Positions 1 through 13,608 of a stretch of 64,000 nucleotides of DNA are shown in pieces (within the stretch, counting starts at the first letter, position 1; every line of letters starts with the position of its first letter). The stretch lies in the NCBI GenBank assembly GCA_000165425.1, contig CT868319.1:310001-374000 (forward strand). The letters run 5' to 3'. The notes below the pieces were generated by a model. The model had not been told where the DNA came from, did no database searches, and worked only from the letters and a program-made list of their open reading frames with translations. Made by a program: the position numbers and the translations under genes. The DNA is from Paramecium tetraurelia. Lineage: Eukaryota.

Positions 1-2200
1 CATAAAAAAGGATGATTTATACGTTGTTATCTATACCTCATCAGTATTTAATATACATTCTACCATATTTAGTTGATTATTATAAATAGTAATCAATATA
101 TTGTCTGAATTACGAATGAATAACAAATGACCATTATATTTTTAATTTCCAAATAACTTTTTAGGACTCCAACTCTTTATCATTCCAAGAGATTTCACTG
201 TTGGCTCATCAATCTAATCTAAGGGAGCGCCATCAAGTGAATTGTATATTCCAATCCTTTTACTTTTTTCCCTTAAAAGGTATATTCTTCTATCCAATTC
301 TAAAAGTTGTGTTATTGCTTCTCCAACACTAGTTATTTTATTAAGTTTAACTAATTCTTATTCATTTATTTTCCATAATTCTGCAGTTTATTCCTAATCG
401 CAAAATACAACATAGGCTTATTCATTATCAATCCACCATTAAAAATGCGATTCATCAACTAAAACGCTAAAACTCTTGCTGAAAACACTTGAGTTTACAA
501 ATTAAGTGCATTACTCAATCAAAGAGATTGAATTTTATTTACAATTATAAATTTAAACTTCTTTATTCTTTAATTAAAAGAGAACATAGACTTGTGTGTC
601 ATTAAATTATAACATATCTTAATAATGTATATCTGATGCTTGAGGCCAATTTGAAATAACCATCTCTTCTAAAGTCTCAAATTCCATGTCTAAATCATCT
701 CCTTAGTTTTCAAATTTAAATTAAACATTTGGGCCACTCATAAATTAAATTACATCTTAAGTATAATTTACTGATGCCAGCACATCTGTGATTACTTATT
801 ATGGTTTATCATTAAAATACAAATTAAAATCATTTTAGTTTAAAATTTATAAGGAAATCTCTTTAGTAAAAGTTTCACCTTTTGAAACAGCTTAAATATT
901 AAAGGATGCTTTATCAACGGCTACATTTCCTGATTTAATTAATAGATATCCATCGCTTATGTAATATCTTCTAGTTAAATTATAACTAATCGATATCAAA
1001 TCTGGATAGACCGGATTAACCAAATAAAAATTAACTTATTGTAAGGTCTTCTGATTAATTAATATCTTATTATATATCGAATATTAATAAATAGTATTTT
1101 CATCTTCAACTATAATATAATGATCAGATATTTTTATTTAAGAGTTTTAGGATATTTTCTTAGGTAGGGAATAGGTACTTACACCTTAAGAATTTAAATA
1201 TAAATCAAATGTGGTATCTTTAAGAATAACAAGTATGCTAAGCTTTTTCCCGTTGTCATCCAAAAAGTAAACATAATCAAAGGCTATGATATTACCATAT
1301 AATTTAATAAAAAAGGTAGAAGTCCAATCTCCATACTTATCAAAGCTCAAAGCTGCCACAAATAGGTTATCCAATATAAAAACCTGATTATATACCAATT
1401 TATAATCAATTAGGTAAAATTTAAAGGTCTCTTCCAATTGATCTTTATAAAGAATTTTCAAAATGTTAGTGCTGATTTCAACTGATTATTCTTCAAAAGT
1501 GATTGCAGGAGTTTTGATTTTATATATTTAAATGATGGAATCAGATTAAAAAATGGATCCTTATAATAAGTAGTCTTATTCATCTTGATACAAATGAGCA
1601 ATCTTTCTTTTCCTCATAGTTTTATATCCAAGGGGATTGGCTACTTACTGTTATTGGAGACTTTAGTCTTTGGCAATGACATAGAATTTATTTTATAAGG
1701 GTTAATCTGTAACTTAGAGAGCACAATCCACAATATAATGAGAAGAATCAAATTATTCTGCATCGAAGCATATCATATTGTTTTCATTAGTCACTTATAA
1801 ATGTTCATTAAATTTAGGTGTAGCAACATTTTCCTCCTAAGGACTTAAGAATTTTGAGAAATAAATACTTTTCGGAGTAATGTACATTGAACGTTCCTTT
1901 ATTATTTTCTAAGAAAAGGAAGTGATTAGTCCAATGACCAAATAAATGCTATGCTTTAACACTAATGATGTCATCGGCATCTAATAATTATAATTCATCA
2001 AGATTACTTTGATTATGTTTTTGGGAATCTGTATATAGATGATATTAAGGTATTATGCTAGCATATGGATTTGCATCTACAATTGAATAAGTAGGATTTT
2101 CGAGGTATCCAAATAGATTAGTTAATTGTAATTAATAAGTCTCATTCACATAGATGATGTAGGAATAGGCGTAGGCAATAAATGTTAATATATAAAGCAT
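1..2200 (-). CDS. Ciliate-type secreted or membrane protein, 3' end outside the window
   Basis: Code-6 frame starts MLYILTFIAYAYSYIIYVNETYQLQL (signal-peptide-like). There is a 27-nt GT..AG intron at 1981-2007, and the frame continues toward the window start. Confidence 0.75.
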
Positions 2201-2211
2201 AAAATAAATAA

Positions 2212-3567
2212 TCAATTTACTTTAAATTAATGATCACCATATTTTTCTTTATTCACTCTATATTCTGGATTGAATTTGAGAGGCTTAGATAAGTTCTTAA
2301 ATGGAAATATCAAATCTAGAATAAATATGGCAATGTAGTCAATGATGAGTAATATCAATAAATATAATCCAAAGAAGGGACCATTACTTTAGCATGCCTT
2401 TATTCTACCCAATATAGATGGATAAGGCGATGATAAAATTTTATTGTAAACCGTCTCAGTCCTTTCAGCCACCATATGCCAACTGTACATCTTGGCAACT
2501 TGTTCGTGGTATTAATGAGATGGTACATTCTTAGCAATAGGAATGGCTACCGCCAACTTCTCACAGATGTCATCTGGATCAGGCTTTGCAAAATTGACCA
2601 TGTTTTTAGGTAACACCTCAACTACTCCGCCAACATTAGTTGAAACAACAAACAAGCCACAAGAGGCAGCTTCAACAATAGCAATACAAAATGCTTCGGT
2701 TAATGAAGTATTCAAAAAAATATGACCTCTAACAAGTACCTCTCTTACTTTATGTCCTGGTACCGATCCTAACTATATTGATATTTTTATTTATACCATT
2801 TCCACTCTATCTGTCAATCCATGTTTTCTTATGCTTTCTTCAATAATTTTTTTCTTAGGTCCATCACCCCCAATGATGAAATAGACTTAAGGGAACCTCT
2901 TGCAGATTGTTGGTACAACATCTACTAATAGATCAACTCCTTTTCGAAAAGTCAATCTGCTTATAACAACAATATTGACAGTATTGAGCGGATACCTTTT
3001 AGATGGATCAGGTTTGAATCTGCTGCAATCTACTGCATTAGGAATTACACTTATGTTTCTAGGATCTAAGGATGCTCTCATACTTAGATTTTCTTTGCTT
3101 ATATGAGATACAGAAACCGCATGATCCACCTCGCTCAAAATGAATTTCAATATTTTGTTAACATGAAATGAAGCAGCATCGTTAAATGCAAATAATGAAT
3201 GATCGGTAAAGACAGTTTTGTATCCTAATGATTTTGCATGCAATAATAATTCTCCTCCAAAGAATGAAGTGGCTGCGTGTGAATGCACAACATGGATTTC
3301 TTCTCGGAGTAAAATTTGTCTCAGTAATGCCAAACTTCCCATATATGTGAATAGCACAACTTATTCATGTGCGGGGACAAAAGGACAATAATATACTTTC
3401 AATCCATTTGTCATATATCTAACTCCAGCTCTATTGTCGTATTTATGAGTAATGATAATGACCTTGTGACCTCTTTCCATTAAACACAATCCCAATTAGA
3501 ATATGTGCATTTCAACCCCTCCCAGTCTTGGATAGAAGAAATCGCATATCAGACAAATGTTAACCAT
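2212..3567 (-). CDS. PIGA: Phosphatidylinositol N-acetylglucosaminyltransferase subunit A (GPI biosynthesis)
   Basis: [47 protein letters not shown] and [21 protein letters not shown] are PIG-A/GPI3 signatures. 24-nt intron at 2773-2796; TGA at 2212-2214. Confidence 0.97.
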
Positions 3568-3622
3568 TTTATTTAATTTTTAAATTTGATATCAACCCCT
3601 TAAAATATTTTACTTAATTTAA

Positions 3623-4200
3623 ATGTGGAATATCCTTATAATCATTATTCTAGTTCATAAAAATGTATCCTACTCAATTAACCTATTCTGAAATTCTCTT
3701 AATAATCTAATACATCGAGTATCAATTATAGCATATATATCTAATTAATTAGAAGAAGCTTTTAAGCGATTATCAAGGATAAGAATCCATAATCGATTTT
3801 AATTAGTATAATCTCAAGATGATTACAGAATCCTCTCAAATCCTCGATAAGAATACTATATGATCAGGCTGAGATGCAATAAGAAAACCAAATCTAAATA
3901 TCAATCTAAAGAAATTTTATCATCTAAAATGATGAAATACTTAGATCCTGAATCAAACCAAATTTAATTTAAGACCCTTAGTGAAAAAGAAATCTAGAAA
4001 AAGATGATCTAAAGACTTAAAATTGAATTCTTATTTATTTTAATTATTTCATTCACGATTATATTCAAGTATTTGATGATACAATCTACATAATAATATT
4101 TATCAATATGGAATTTTTTACCTCTGTTTCAATTCAAAGAATGTGGATATTTGAGAGTTTGTAAATCATATATAGTTGAGTCAATATAATTTTTTTTTTA
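3623..4200 (+). CDS. Small hypothetical protein, boundaries uncertain
   Basis: Open code-6 frame EEAFKRLSRIRIHNRFQLVQSQDDYRILSNPRQEYYMIRLRC. Start and introns were not resolved. Confidence 0.35.
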
Positions 4201-4419
4201 CATCACAATAATGTAATCATGTAATAATTTAACTTGTAATCTAAAACTCAAAATCGACTAAAAAGTGTATTTATACTTTATTTGACATTCTTTTTAATTT
4301 GCAAAACTTGAATCTTAATTTCTTTTCCTCCTAACATTTACATTTCATATAAGTAATTGAAATTCCAAAATAGAATTCTTTTGGTTAGCACAAAACCTTC
4401 TAGATATAAACTACCATTT

Positions 4420-7000
4420 TCAATTGTAAAATTCACTTTTTTAATAAATACTTAAGTTTATTTTCATTGAATAGAATAATTGTATGTTCATAATTTACTA
4501 TTTTCTTATTAATTTCTCACATTCTTTGAATTAATTCTTAAAAAATTTTTATAATTGAACCAGCTATTTTTCCTTAATAACAAAGGTTGAAAGGTAATGA
4601 TATAATTTTAACTTATGACTTACTCTAATTATAAATTGAACTTGCTTACTATAATATTCTATGTTTTATGAATTGACTTAAAAGCAAGTTAAGCATTTAT
4701 GGGATAACATTAAATAATTTCAAGATTGAGTTTGTAGGTTATTAATTGAAATTATTAATTAATATTGTCCTAAGCAACTCCAGTTACATGTATTTTTTTT
4801 TGTAAGTAATTTAATATTGAGTAGTTTTTATAAATCACAACACTTTAAGTGAGATCCTTAAATATATAATCATAAAAATAAATTTGCTAAAATCAATCTT
4901 TTCTTCTATCTTTTCATTACTTTTGTAGCATCTCTCCTTTACATTAAAGTAAAATTACTAGGTATTTAGAATAATTCAATTATTTCTGAATTGTCAAAAT
5001 CAATTTATGTATAATTCTAAAATGTGACGACCCCATCAATTGTAAAATTTATTGGAATTTCGATTCTTACAGGAAATCCATTATCATTTAATACCTATTT
5101 TACTGTTTCACTTAACAATATTTCTAATAAAGATTATAGCATTTCATTTCCTCTTGCTAGCATTTTTATTATTGGCAAAAATTATCTAAAGTCTAAAGGG
5201 AATTCTTTACTTATATATAATTAGCATAGCTTTTATTATTCTATTCATATTGTAAATTAAAATACTTTTGGAATTTCCATCATTTTAAATGATTTCTTAT
5301 GCCCATGGTTCAAAATTTACTTTATCTTATCTTGAATCTGAATCAAAATTTTATTTTATATATTATTCGAAATTCATAGAGTAATGAGATCTCTATTTCT
5401 TACGAAATTGTTTATTTCCTTGAATTCTAAATTCATATTTTTAGCAAACAAGATTATTAATTTTTTAACTAACATAATTCCCAAAAATATTTTTTCTTTT
5501 TATCAAGTCGCATTGTGTTACTTTCATTTCACCACTTACACTATCACAGTGAAGTAGATCTAAAATAATCTGTTCTTTCTCCTCAATATCTATCTCTTAC
5601 TAATATATTATTATAAATTACAATAGGATAATAATAGATTTTTTTTGTTCTATTTAATATAATTACAAATCTGCAATTTGATTAGTTTTCCTTTCTCTAA
5701 GAAGGACCAATCATTGGATTATAGAACACGCTGATGTCTCTCCTTTTTGTCTTATAATTCTTTGTTCCTGCAAAAGTTGAATCAAGCCTTAAGGATGAAC
5801 CTTAAATCAAATTGTCGGAATACCTCTTTTGTAGATTTTGAAAGTATCATTAGGTGTTATTTTCGAGATAAATGGTATCAAATTTGATTTAAATTCCCAT
5901 TTCATTTCAAGATAAAAATCATTAATTCTTAATAACTCTTAATCAATTTGATTTCTTTCTTGTTAAATATCAAACATTCGCTTTTATACTAAATAATCAA
6001 ATAGTATTGAAGTTGTAGCTACATCCATTTAAGCAACTGTTTCTTCTATTGGACTCCAACCATTTAAATCTTTTATAGAAGGATCACAACCACTTGATAG
6101 TAGTAGCCTAATAATTTCAAACTAGTTTTATTAATGAGACAATTTTATTGCTAATAAAAGTGGTGTATTACCATTGACATCTTTTTAATTTAAAATCTCT
6201 GTTCTGTACTCCTTTTACAGAAATTTTATCATTTGAATCAGAACAAAAACATTTTTAGAAAAAATAGCCTCTATGATCTATAGTTGTAAATCTTTATCAG
6301 TATGTTTAGCAGATTATTGTCCCAAAGAATCGCATGGAATATCTATAGTGTATTGGCTGTTTTCTTTTATTTATTATGAAGATCGATTGTTAATAGCATG
6401 AGAGCTAGTAAAGTTGTTATTAATTTAAGTGCTGTTAAAATTGAATTAATGATTGTTGGGTATGTAAAATATAAGTGGAGAATTAATTTATTTTAAAGAT
6501 TATTCGACAGAGAAATCATTAAATTCTTTGATTCTTCTCACTAAACTTATCGTATTATGATTACTCTCAGAAACTGATGATTATTATCTCATAATAGATG
6601 ATGATTTTATCAGTTGAACTGATGCTTCATCTTAATTAAGTTATGGTTGTTACTTTGGCCAAATCTATTTTGATTTTATCTCATTGAACACTTTTATTTT
6701 CTCATTAAAATAACTATTCTTATATTCACATAGAATCTTTGCCTTTTTATTATCATTCATTATATCGAATTCTGAAAAATATAATTCTGACTAATCATCA
6801 TAAGAAGACTCTGAAATAGATTCTGATGCTTCTTTTCTCGCCTTTATATTTGCATGTGACTATTTTCTATTTTCCCTAACATTATTTTTAAAGGAGATTG
6901 TAGAAGATTTTGGCTCTAAAGATTGAAACTTTAATTTCTCAAGTTGTTCTTGCACAGTGCCATGCTAATGTTCGTCATCATTTTTATCATAGTTTAGCAT
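4420..7000 (-). CDS. Ankyrin-repeat protein of the ANKRD13 family
   Basis: Ankyrin repeats (KDVNGNTPLLLAIKL, GCDPSIKDLNGWSPIEET) followed by DFYLEMKWEFKSNLIPFISKITPNDTFKIYK, typical of ANKRD13. The 3' end is approximate. Confidence 0.8.
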
Positions 7001-7249
7001 TTGTATAAAAAAATAAATTAATGAAAATAAATTGAATTTGCCCATAAAATGACATAAACTTAAAATTAATTGCGAATTCTTACATTTCTCATTAAAATAC
7101 ATTTAAATATTATATAGTCTAACGATCACTATTAAATCAAACTCATTTTAGTCGAAGCAGATTCATTCCTAATCTAATTTTGAGAACTACTTTTTTAATA
7201 AAAATATGATTTTTAAGTTTGATTCTTCTGTTGACAAAAAAGTTAGATT

Positions 7250-8050
7250 TGAAACTAATTACTTTAATTTATTATTTCAGCTTCTTATGATGATTGCTGT
7301 TGCACCATAAAAATACATTTATGCTTAGCACATTTTGTTCTTAAATTTATATTAAATCAATCAAAATTAAATAAAATTTTATTAATTATTAACATTATTC
7401 TCTCAAAATTTCAAATAAAATAACCATAATTTAAGATATGATCACTAACTACTTATTATTATATTATATTAAAATTTAGTTTATTTATTAATAATTTTGT
7501 TTAGGAGAAACATTGTATTTATTAACAAATTGTAAATTTGAGAATTTTTCAAATTCAAACTCTATATATTTTTGAAACCATTATAGCTGCTTTCTCTTCT
7601 GCTTCAATTATGAAAACCAGAAAGGTCGTAAATAATCTACAAAGCTAATCTATTTTATTTAGTATTAACAAAATATTTTGAAGTTTCTCCATATGTAATT
7701 TAAGGAGAAAGAAATAATCTGTTGTTTGTTTATAATTTTATTTAACTTGAAAATATACAAATGATTGCTGTGCAGATTGATAAATCTTCCTCAACCATGC
7801 ATCCTACAATTATTATAGTTAATTCCACCTATAGAATCTCAAATTTTGGATCATTGATGTTAGGAAAATATATGGCTAAGATAACATCCCTTATTTTTTC
7901 AGATACTAGGTAGGTAGGTATTACGATTTTATACTTGGTGTCAAAATTGGATGAAGCCAAATGAGTGCTCTGCTAAAATCCCGAACAAAGAATGAATTTA
8001 GATAATAAAGCACATGAATATAGAGATATTTGAAAGAAATTTGAAGGTTG
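7250..8050 (-). mobile_element. Decayed transposon copy, homologous in inverted orientation to ~14940-15830
   Basis: 7581-7618 ttatagctgctttctcttctgcttcaattatgaaaacc matches the reverse complement of ~15585-15622 almost exactly. Patchy identity extends on both sides. The partner copy leads into a DDE transposase remnant. Confidence 0.6.
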
Positions 8051-8399
8051 GGAAGGAGAGCAAACTTATAAAGGAATGAGAAAAGTTCATTAAGTTGATT
8101 AAGTATAGAATCTAGGATATTAATGCTAGTTGAAATAGCCTTTAAGGTTAGGATATTTTAAATTACTCTCAATTTTATCAGTCATTTGAAAATTTCTTAG
8201 AATTTGAGTAATTGATTGAATTTCATACTTTGATGTGAAGGTAGTAATGAAAAGTTCCTTATGTTTAAGACTTAATAGGATTGTTATTGAATAAAAGAAA
8301 TATAGCATAAGATTCTCATGTGAAGATATGATATGAATAGAATTTTAAATCATCTTTACTTTATTTTTTTATTGTTATGATATTAGCTAAGATTTGCCT

Positions 8400-8810
8400 A
8401 GTTTAAGTTTTTCCATTGGTTCAATTGAGTGGGTATGGTGGTAACCAAATGAAAATATTCCACTGCAATCAATAAATTTGCCACTGTTTTTGACTTGTGA
8501 ATAGGACTATTATCAAGAACAAGTACAAAAGGCTTGTCATCATAGTATTGTTTTTAGCACCATAATTAATTAAATAAGCTACAATACACTATACTATTTA
8601 CATATCCTATTAAATTTTAATAGCTAAAAAAATTATTTCTCCTCATAGCTCTTAGAAAGAAAGTATTTTTTGATTTTTTCTCACAAACGGAAACCGTATT
8701 TTGGTGTATTATTTGCTAGCATCAAATTTGTGTTATTGAATGTCTTAATGAAACTTCATCTAAATACACAAAATTAAATTGTGACAATGAATAACTCATA
8801 TTTAATTGCA
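8400..8810 (-). mobile_element. IS630/Tc1/mariner DDE transposase remnant (pseudogene)
   Basis: FNFVYLDEVSL, then DKPFVLVLDNSPIHKSK, then a frameshifted WLPPY(S)PQLNPME-like motif. Contains an in-frame TGA and frameshifts. Confidence 0.85.
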
Positions 8811-9032
8811 TAATTAAATCGAAGTGATAACATTATGTTTATAAATCAATATAGATTTTGATTTACAAATATTTAATAATTATATTAACTACCTATTATT
8901 TTACATAAAATATAATTTTATTTGAATTCTTTTGGTTCAAAATTTTTGTACTGTGTAATTCATGCTCTTTTTGTAATCAAAATAGAGAATATGATTCAAT
9001 AAGGTTATTCAGAAAATATTTTTATCAAATTT

Positions 9033-9052
9033 TATATATATATATATATATA
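9033..9052. repeat. (TA)n microsatellite
   Basis: About 10 TA units seen directly. Confidence 0.8.
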
Positions 9053-9065
9053 AATTGTTAAATTA

Positions 9066-10673
9066 TCAATCATATGTTAAAGAATAAATTTTAAACCCTC
9101 CTTAGTTCCAAATAGCTAGATATTTACCATTATTTGTCATTTTGCCATAAAAAGTATTATTTTAAACTATTTTTTACTTTGAGAAATTTATCAATTAGAA
9201 ATCCTAATTAACGATAAGGAAGTACACATTTCCATTATATTTCTAAACGATAAGATTATTTTTAATTTCATAAATAGTTGGAAATAGGAATTACTTGTCT
9301 TATTTTACACTTTTAGATAAATCTAGGCTTTGTTTTTATGAATACGAGAAAGGCTTATCAACCTTATCGCGAGTATAGATAATTCTCTAAAAATGTTAAT
9401 ATAATATTAATTTATCATCAGACAAGAAAGTAATAATTTGTCCAAAATTCGCATTAGAATATTCAATTACTTATTTTAAACCCCATTTTTATTTTATTTT
9501 TTCCCATATTATTATAAATTAATCTTTACTTATTGAGGCAATTTCTGTTTCTGTTTAGTTATAATTAATACTGACAATAGTATTTGTATGCTTTTTGAGC
9601 TACTCATCGAATATAATAGAGGTACCATTTATTTTCCAAATTATTATAGATTTATCCTCACTGCCTGATATTATATAATCTTCATTTTAATTCAAACAGA
9701 TGCAAGTAATTAATCCTTAGTGAGACATAATATTTGTAGAATTGTACTAATTCCATAAATTATCTGAAATTTCATTCCATATCCCAATATTATGATCGTA
9801 ACTTCCATATATAAATAAATTGATTCTTTTACTAAAGATAAGGCAAACTGCAAAATCTACTTCTGATTTCCCTTGTAAAATAATCTGTTGATCAATAAAT
9901 TATCCATTAGTTATCTTCCATATCTTTATGCAATGATTAAATCCAGCGGCCATTATAGAATCATTCTTATTGAATCCTATTGCGTAACATAGTTCATTTT
10001 ATTTAATCTCTTTTACTAAAGAATTCAACACCTTCTGATGCATCTTTTATTCTTTTGGTTTTTAAAAAAATTAATTCTGATTTTCTTTTTAAATATTTTG
10101 ATAGAGTTATTCCTCTGCAGATAGGATTTTCTATACTTGCCTTTGAATTTCATCAACCCTGAATTTTAGAATGATACTATGCTAATGATCGATCACATTT
10201 ATTTAATTTAGAGAATGAGATAGTTTTTCTAATACCCATTAATTTTCTTCCTTATCTAAATTTACAAGTTCTTTTATTAGGCTAAATTAACAATTCTCAT
10301 TGAGAAATAGTTCAAGTTGCTTCTTCCATATATTTATTCTATCTTGAACATCTTATAGTTATTTTTCTAATTATATTTGTATATTGTTTAAAGTTTTTGA
10401 AATTTCATCAAGATGTGTGATTTTATCAAATATTAACTTTTCCAATTCAGATAAATGCCTGTTTAAGTATTTTTCAATTCTTGATTTAGCATCTTCAACC
10501 GTTATAGCATTAAATTCACCTCTCTTTGTTAGTAAACACTTATCACATTAAAGCCTTTATTCATTCTTTAACCGACTATCAAGCATTACAAACAGACTTT
10601 GTTTATCATTATGTTACTCTCTACAAGTGATCTTTTGAATGTCTTCAATCATATAACAAGGTTTAAATTTCAT
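9066..10673 (-). CDS. WD40-repeat protein of an expanded Paramecium-type family (~535 aa)
   Basis: ATG to TGA spans 1608 nt with no intron needed. It has an N-terminal CxxC and coiled region, WD repeats (CYAIGFNKNDSIMAAGFNHCIKIWK, SHQGLITCICLNQNEDYIISGSEDKSIIIWK) and ends MTNNGKYLAIWN. Confidence 0.85.
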
Positions 10674-10883
10674 TTGGTTAATAAGATAATAGAAATTTTA
10701 ATAAAAAATAATTCTAAAAATGCATCGTAATGCTAACTCAAAATATTTTTAAGGAGCAATAATGATAATATTTTATGGACTTTGAGAGTATTTTTAGCAT
10801 TAAACAAGATTGATTATCTTAAAAATTGAAAACAATCATCCTTTTAGATAATCATAACTTATATATTTGTTGAATTGTTATTA

Positions 10884-11405
10884 TCATTTTTATAAACCGA
10901 TGAATAATTCTAATTTGATGTTTTCATTCACATTTAATTCTTCTGGGTACACCTCAAAGTCATAATCATATGATCTTGTTCCTCCTAATTCATCAGGGGA
11001 TAATTTGGGCAATGATTACCAAGCATCAATTATTACCTTAGGTATAGGACCTGGTCCACAATCAAAACGACAGAAACGATGTGCTGGTACCGTTACAGCT
11101 ATTAATCCTTCTGGTAGATTAGTCACTTCACTTACCATTTCTCCTAATACCATTTTATATTTGATTTCATCATGGTCATGAGGATTTTAGTATTCATAAT
11201 ACATACAATAAGTTCTTTTTGGGTGTAATCGATGTGGTATTTTTTCATTCATTTACATATCAAAATATTCTTCGTATGCCTTCCCAATTTATCCAGTCTA
11301 GGGATCTAATTCTTCTTTTTAAATAATATCCCTCGTCAATCCAACTAGTGTGAAGGTTGGTAAATCTATGACTGTTAACTTAGGTTTTTATGTTTATGGA
11401 TCCAT
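10884..11405 (-). CDS. GyrI-like / AraC effector-binding (Cass2-like) domain protein, bacterial type, 173 aa
   Basis: Intact intronless code-6 ORF: IDLPTFTLVGLTR, IPHRLHPKRTYCVCYEY, LPEGLIAVTVPAHRFCRFDCGPGPIPKVIIDAWQ, LGGTRSYDYDFEVYP, LELFIGL. Several TAA/TAG Gln codons; TGA stop. Confidence 0.85.
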
Positions 11406-12729
11406 TTATATGATGATATATTATTTAAAATACAATTAACTTCGAAATTTGATTTAATTAATATTCATATATGCGTTATTATGGAAAATGTGTTAGATAA
11501 ATCATTGAAAATTTTCATCTCAATTTCTTACTATTTGCTGTTAAAATTTACAATAAGCATTTTCAAACCAACACATCTTAAACCGACGTTTGATATCAAA
11601 TTATAAAATTATTAAAATTTTCCTTCATTACATTTCTATTTATGAAGATTGAAACTCATTTCCATTCACATAATGATTTCCTCATAACAACTTTTTGATT
11701 TTTCATATTACTAATTGAATTGAAACATTATACATATAATTGAACTACATTATTTAATATTGAAAACTAAAATTTGAGAACTTTGTGTTGAAGAAAGCCC
11801 TTTTGTCTATTCCGTATAAATTCCAAACATTATTTTCTAAAAATAATTAGAATGATTTATTGCTTGGTTAAGTCAAGATAAAAATAGAGATGATTATTTC
11901 TGAATTAAAAAAATGAGAAATACTTCAAAGAATTTAAAGAGAAATTTTTATAGCGCAATTTCAGATTAAAATTAATTTATAATTTCCTCATATAAATTCT
12001 ATAGATTAAATCAAAATAGTTATATTTATGTAGATATTGTTGTTTACTTTTACAATAATTAAATAATTTAAGTAACTAGTTAATCTATTACAATTAAAAG
12101 TTCAGGAAGTGATGAATGGAAAGGAGGTATTATAAATTTGGTTAATTGACTGATATATACATGTGTTGATTTCTAAGTCTCTCTTGTAACATAAGCAAGA
12201 ATAATTTTTGATAGATGCAGAAGGAGTTGTATTGATATTCTAAAATATTTCACTCAATTATATCGACCCAAATATAAAAAGGAAAGAAGTATAATATTAT
12301 TAGATGAATAAATAGAAAACTCACTAATCTAATCAATATTCTTTGCCTAGTGTTTTTTAATAAGGATACCACTAAAAATTAAAAAAAAATAATAGAGTAA
12401 TCATTAAATTTAAAACAGAAATTTAGAAAGAAAAAAATAGGATTTCTTAATATAATTGAAAAATGTGTTGGATTCAAAATTTGTAAAATATGTAAAAACA
12501 AGTAATTTACAATATAATAAAACTATTTTCATGAAACAACATTAATTTTTCATCTTAAAATATAACACGAAATTTAAGTTCGCAAATCACTCAATGTCAA
12601 AGTGTACATAAATTAACCTTAAAATTTCGAGATTTAGTAGTATTTATTGTTTTATGAATCATATCGATAATATATTTCTTTTGAAATACCTCTTAAAAAG
12701 TCAAATATCTTGATTTTATAATGATTATT

Positions 12730-13608
12730 TGGACTTTCATCATTTAAAAATGAATATTTATAAATGCCAAATTCATCTTAACATACATTACCAGAACTTT
12801 ATAAAAGGTCCTTTATTCTTCTTACTAATCTTCCACTATGTAGTAATCTAACTGTATATTCTGTTTGATAGGCATTTTCTTATTCTATTATTACGTAACT
12901 TTGAAAAATGATTAATTCTGTTCTAACATCAACTTACTTTTTAATCTATTTAATTACTTTACAATTTTCAAGATACATTATATATTGAAATAACTCCGTG
13001 CTTACCAATGCAAACTATTATAAAAATGATTTAAAATATATGATGTATTGAAAATTGAATTTTAGGTGTATTTCCTATTGTAAATTTATCTATTCTGCAT
13101 TAATTTTTAATATTTTTTTATTTCTGTTTAAATAATAACTATTGATTGAATCCATCTACAAAATAAAATCTTAATCCTCTTTATTCTTAAAGATAAATTC
13201 TTTCTTTTCTTAAATGTCTATTACCAAGTAACCATCCCAATACCCTTGACAAATTAGATAATGTGAATCTAGTGAAAAATGAAAGTTTATATGAAGAAAT
13301 CCTTTGCATAATAAACTACTTTCAAATACAACACTGTTAGATTTAATATCCAATAATTTTACTCTTAAATCACTTTTTTAACTCCCTTTTGTTCTCCTTG
13401 ATTAATTATATGATTTTCTGGTTTTGTCTTCGAAAATGGCCATATATTAAAGATCGTAAGATAATCCAAAATCAAATATATGGAAATATTCATCAAATAT
13501 ATTTTATAGTTACTCATCTGATTTATTATGAACTTCCATATTTAAAACTAACATTTCTTCATTATCAACCTCATATGTCCATAAAACTATGGCGTCCATG
13601 ATTTTCGT
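12730..13608 (-). pseudogene. Degenerate beta-propeller-like host gene
   Basis: MDAIVLWTYEVDNEEML...FDFGLSYDLQYMAIFED, a frameshift near 13420, then LRVKLLDIKSNSVVFES...FHFSLDSHYLICQGYWDGYLVIDIQ. The end is uncertain. Confidence 0.4.

Noticed and set aside
2543..3106. Plus-strand ORFs in the supplied track
   Set aside because: They are antisense shadows of PIG-A. Most other short track ORFs are likewise shadows or off-frame fragments.
11450..12700. Possible Cys-rich or transposon ORF remnants
   Set aside because: Only isolated CxxC-like words; no sustained frame or recognisable family.
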